The position numbers and the translations under genes were made by a program. A stretch of 64,000 nt of DNA from Lepidodermella squamata (taxonomy: Eukaryota; Animalia; Gastrotricha): contig JBLDXI010000024.1 of NCBI GenBank assembly GCA_047495785.1, forward strand, positions 930,001 to 994,000. The letters are read 5' to 3'. How positions within the stretch are numbered: the stretch's first letter is position 1; each line of letters opens with the position of its first letter. This document shows positions 63,482-64,000 of the stretch, one piece after another. A model generated the notes under the pieces. That model did not search any database. It saw only the letters and a program-made list of their open reading frames with translations, and had not been told where the DNA came from.

Positions 63482-64000
63482 GTGCCGCTCCCTAACCCCA
63501 CCCTCTTACGGCTTGAAAAGGGTCAAAATCTTCAAGAAATGACCGCAGACATTTGTAATTTTTGCGCTGTTTATTCAGACCGTTCTAGTTTACATCAGTT
63601 TGCATGAATACGGGAATGTAGGGAATAAAACTTATCTTCAATTCTTCACCATTCTTGACTTTTGACCAAGACGATTCGGCCATTAGGTTGCAAATCAATA
63701 ACATCGCTTTGATGCGTTACGCATATCTGCGACCTAGTTTCATTCTTTATAACTGTCGCCTCTTGCTTTATCCTTCTGCATAGTCTCTCTTTCTTTCGTA
63801 TTTTTTAATTTATTGTTATCTACACCATCTTGATAAACGAGAGATCGCAGCTGATCGTAATATTTACCTACACTTACTGTAGGTTTGTTGAAAGCATTTG
63901 ACCTTATTCACTTCACAATCATGCGATGGATAGTTGTTGGATTGCTGTTATCGTTGATTAGTGTAGCAAAATCTGCAGATTCGGTCGTTACTGCGGCGCC

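Noticed and set aside
63490-63545. CCCTAACCC plus a small pseudoknot-like pairing as telomerase RNA
   Set aside because: No U-A triple-helix pseudoknot, CR4/5 or H/ACA domain is recognisable; the match is short and sits in a promoter-like region.

Overview
Gene-dense window from a compact-genome invertebrate animal (probably spiralian), with mostly 40-60 nt GT-AG introns. No prokaryotic features, CRISPR arrays, tRNA or rRNA genes were seen. Left to right: three tandem CNBD2-like genes (+); a mir-315 hairpin (-) followed by about 3 kb of ORF-free DNA; CEP41 (-); five tandem adiponectin-receptor (ADIPOR/PAQR) genes (+); two putative BEN-domain paralogues (+); a temptin-domain copper monooxygenase (-); FAM120A (-); a small membrane protein and two paralogous GPI-type Cys-hairpin proteins (+); then an unbroken minus-strand run of PTPN12-like, an orphan disordered protein, UTP18, CFAP20DC, RPL29, MRPS33, PGGT1B, G6PD (locally frameshifted) and RAD54L2, which carries a nested antisense C-type lectin gene. 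The most interesting pattern is the organisation. Unrelated housekeeping genes lie 110-530 nt apart, each with an apparently unpaired 3' splice acceptor just before the ATG, which suggests operons resolved by SL trans-splicing. Each unit is preceded by an approximately 0.75-0.9 kb non-coding leader. Three of the four leaders contain apparent introns, some pairs share sequence or hairpin motifs, and two host snoRNAs. Three snoRNAs were found (two H/ACA paralogues, one of them in a FAM120A coding intron, and one C/D antisense to 28S), and their 3' ends lie almost on the 3' splice site. All calls come from reading the sequence and recalling family motifs; no searches were run.
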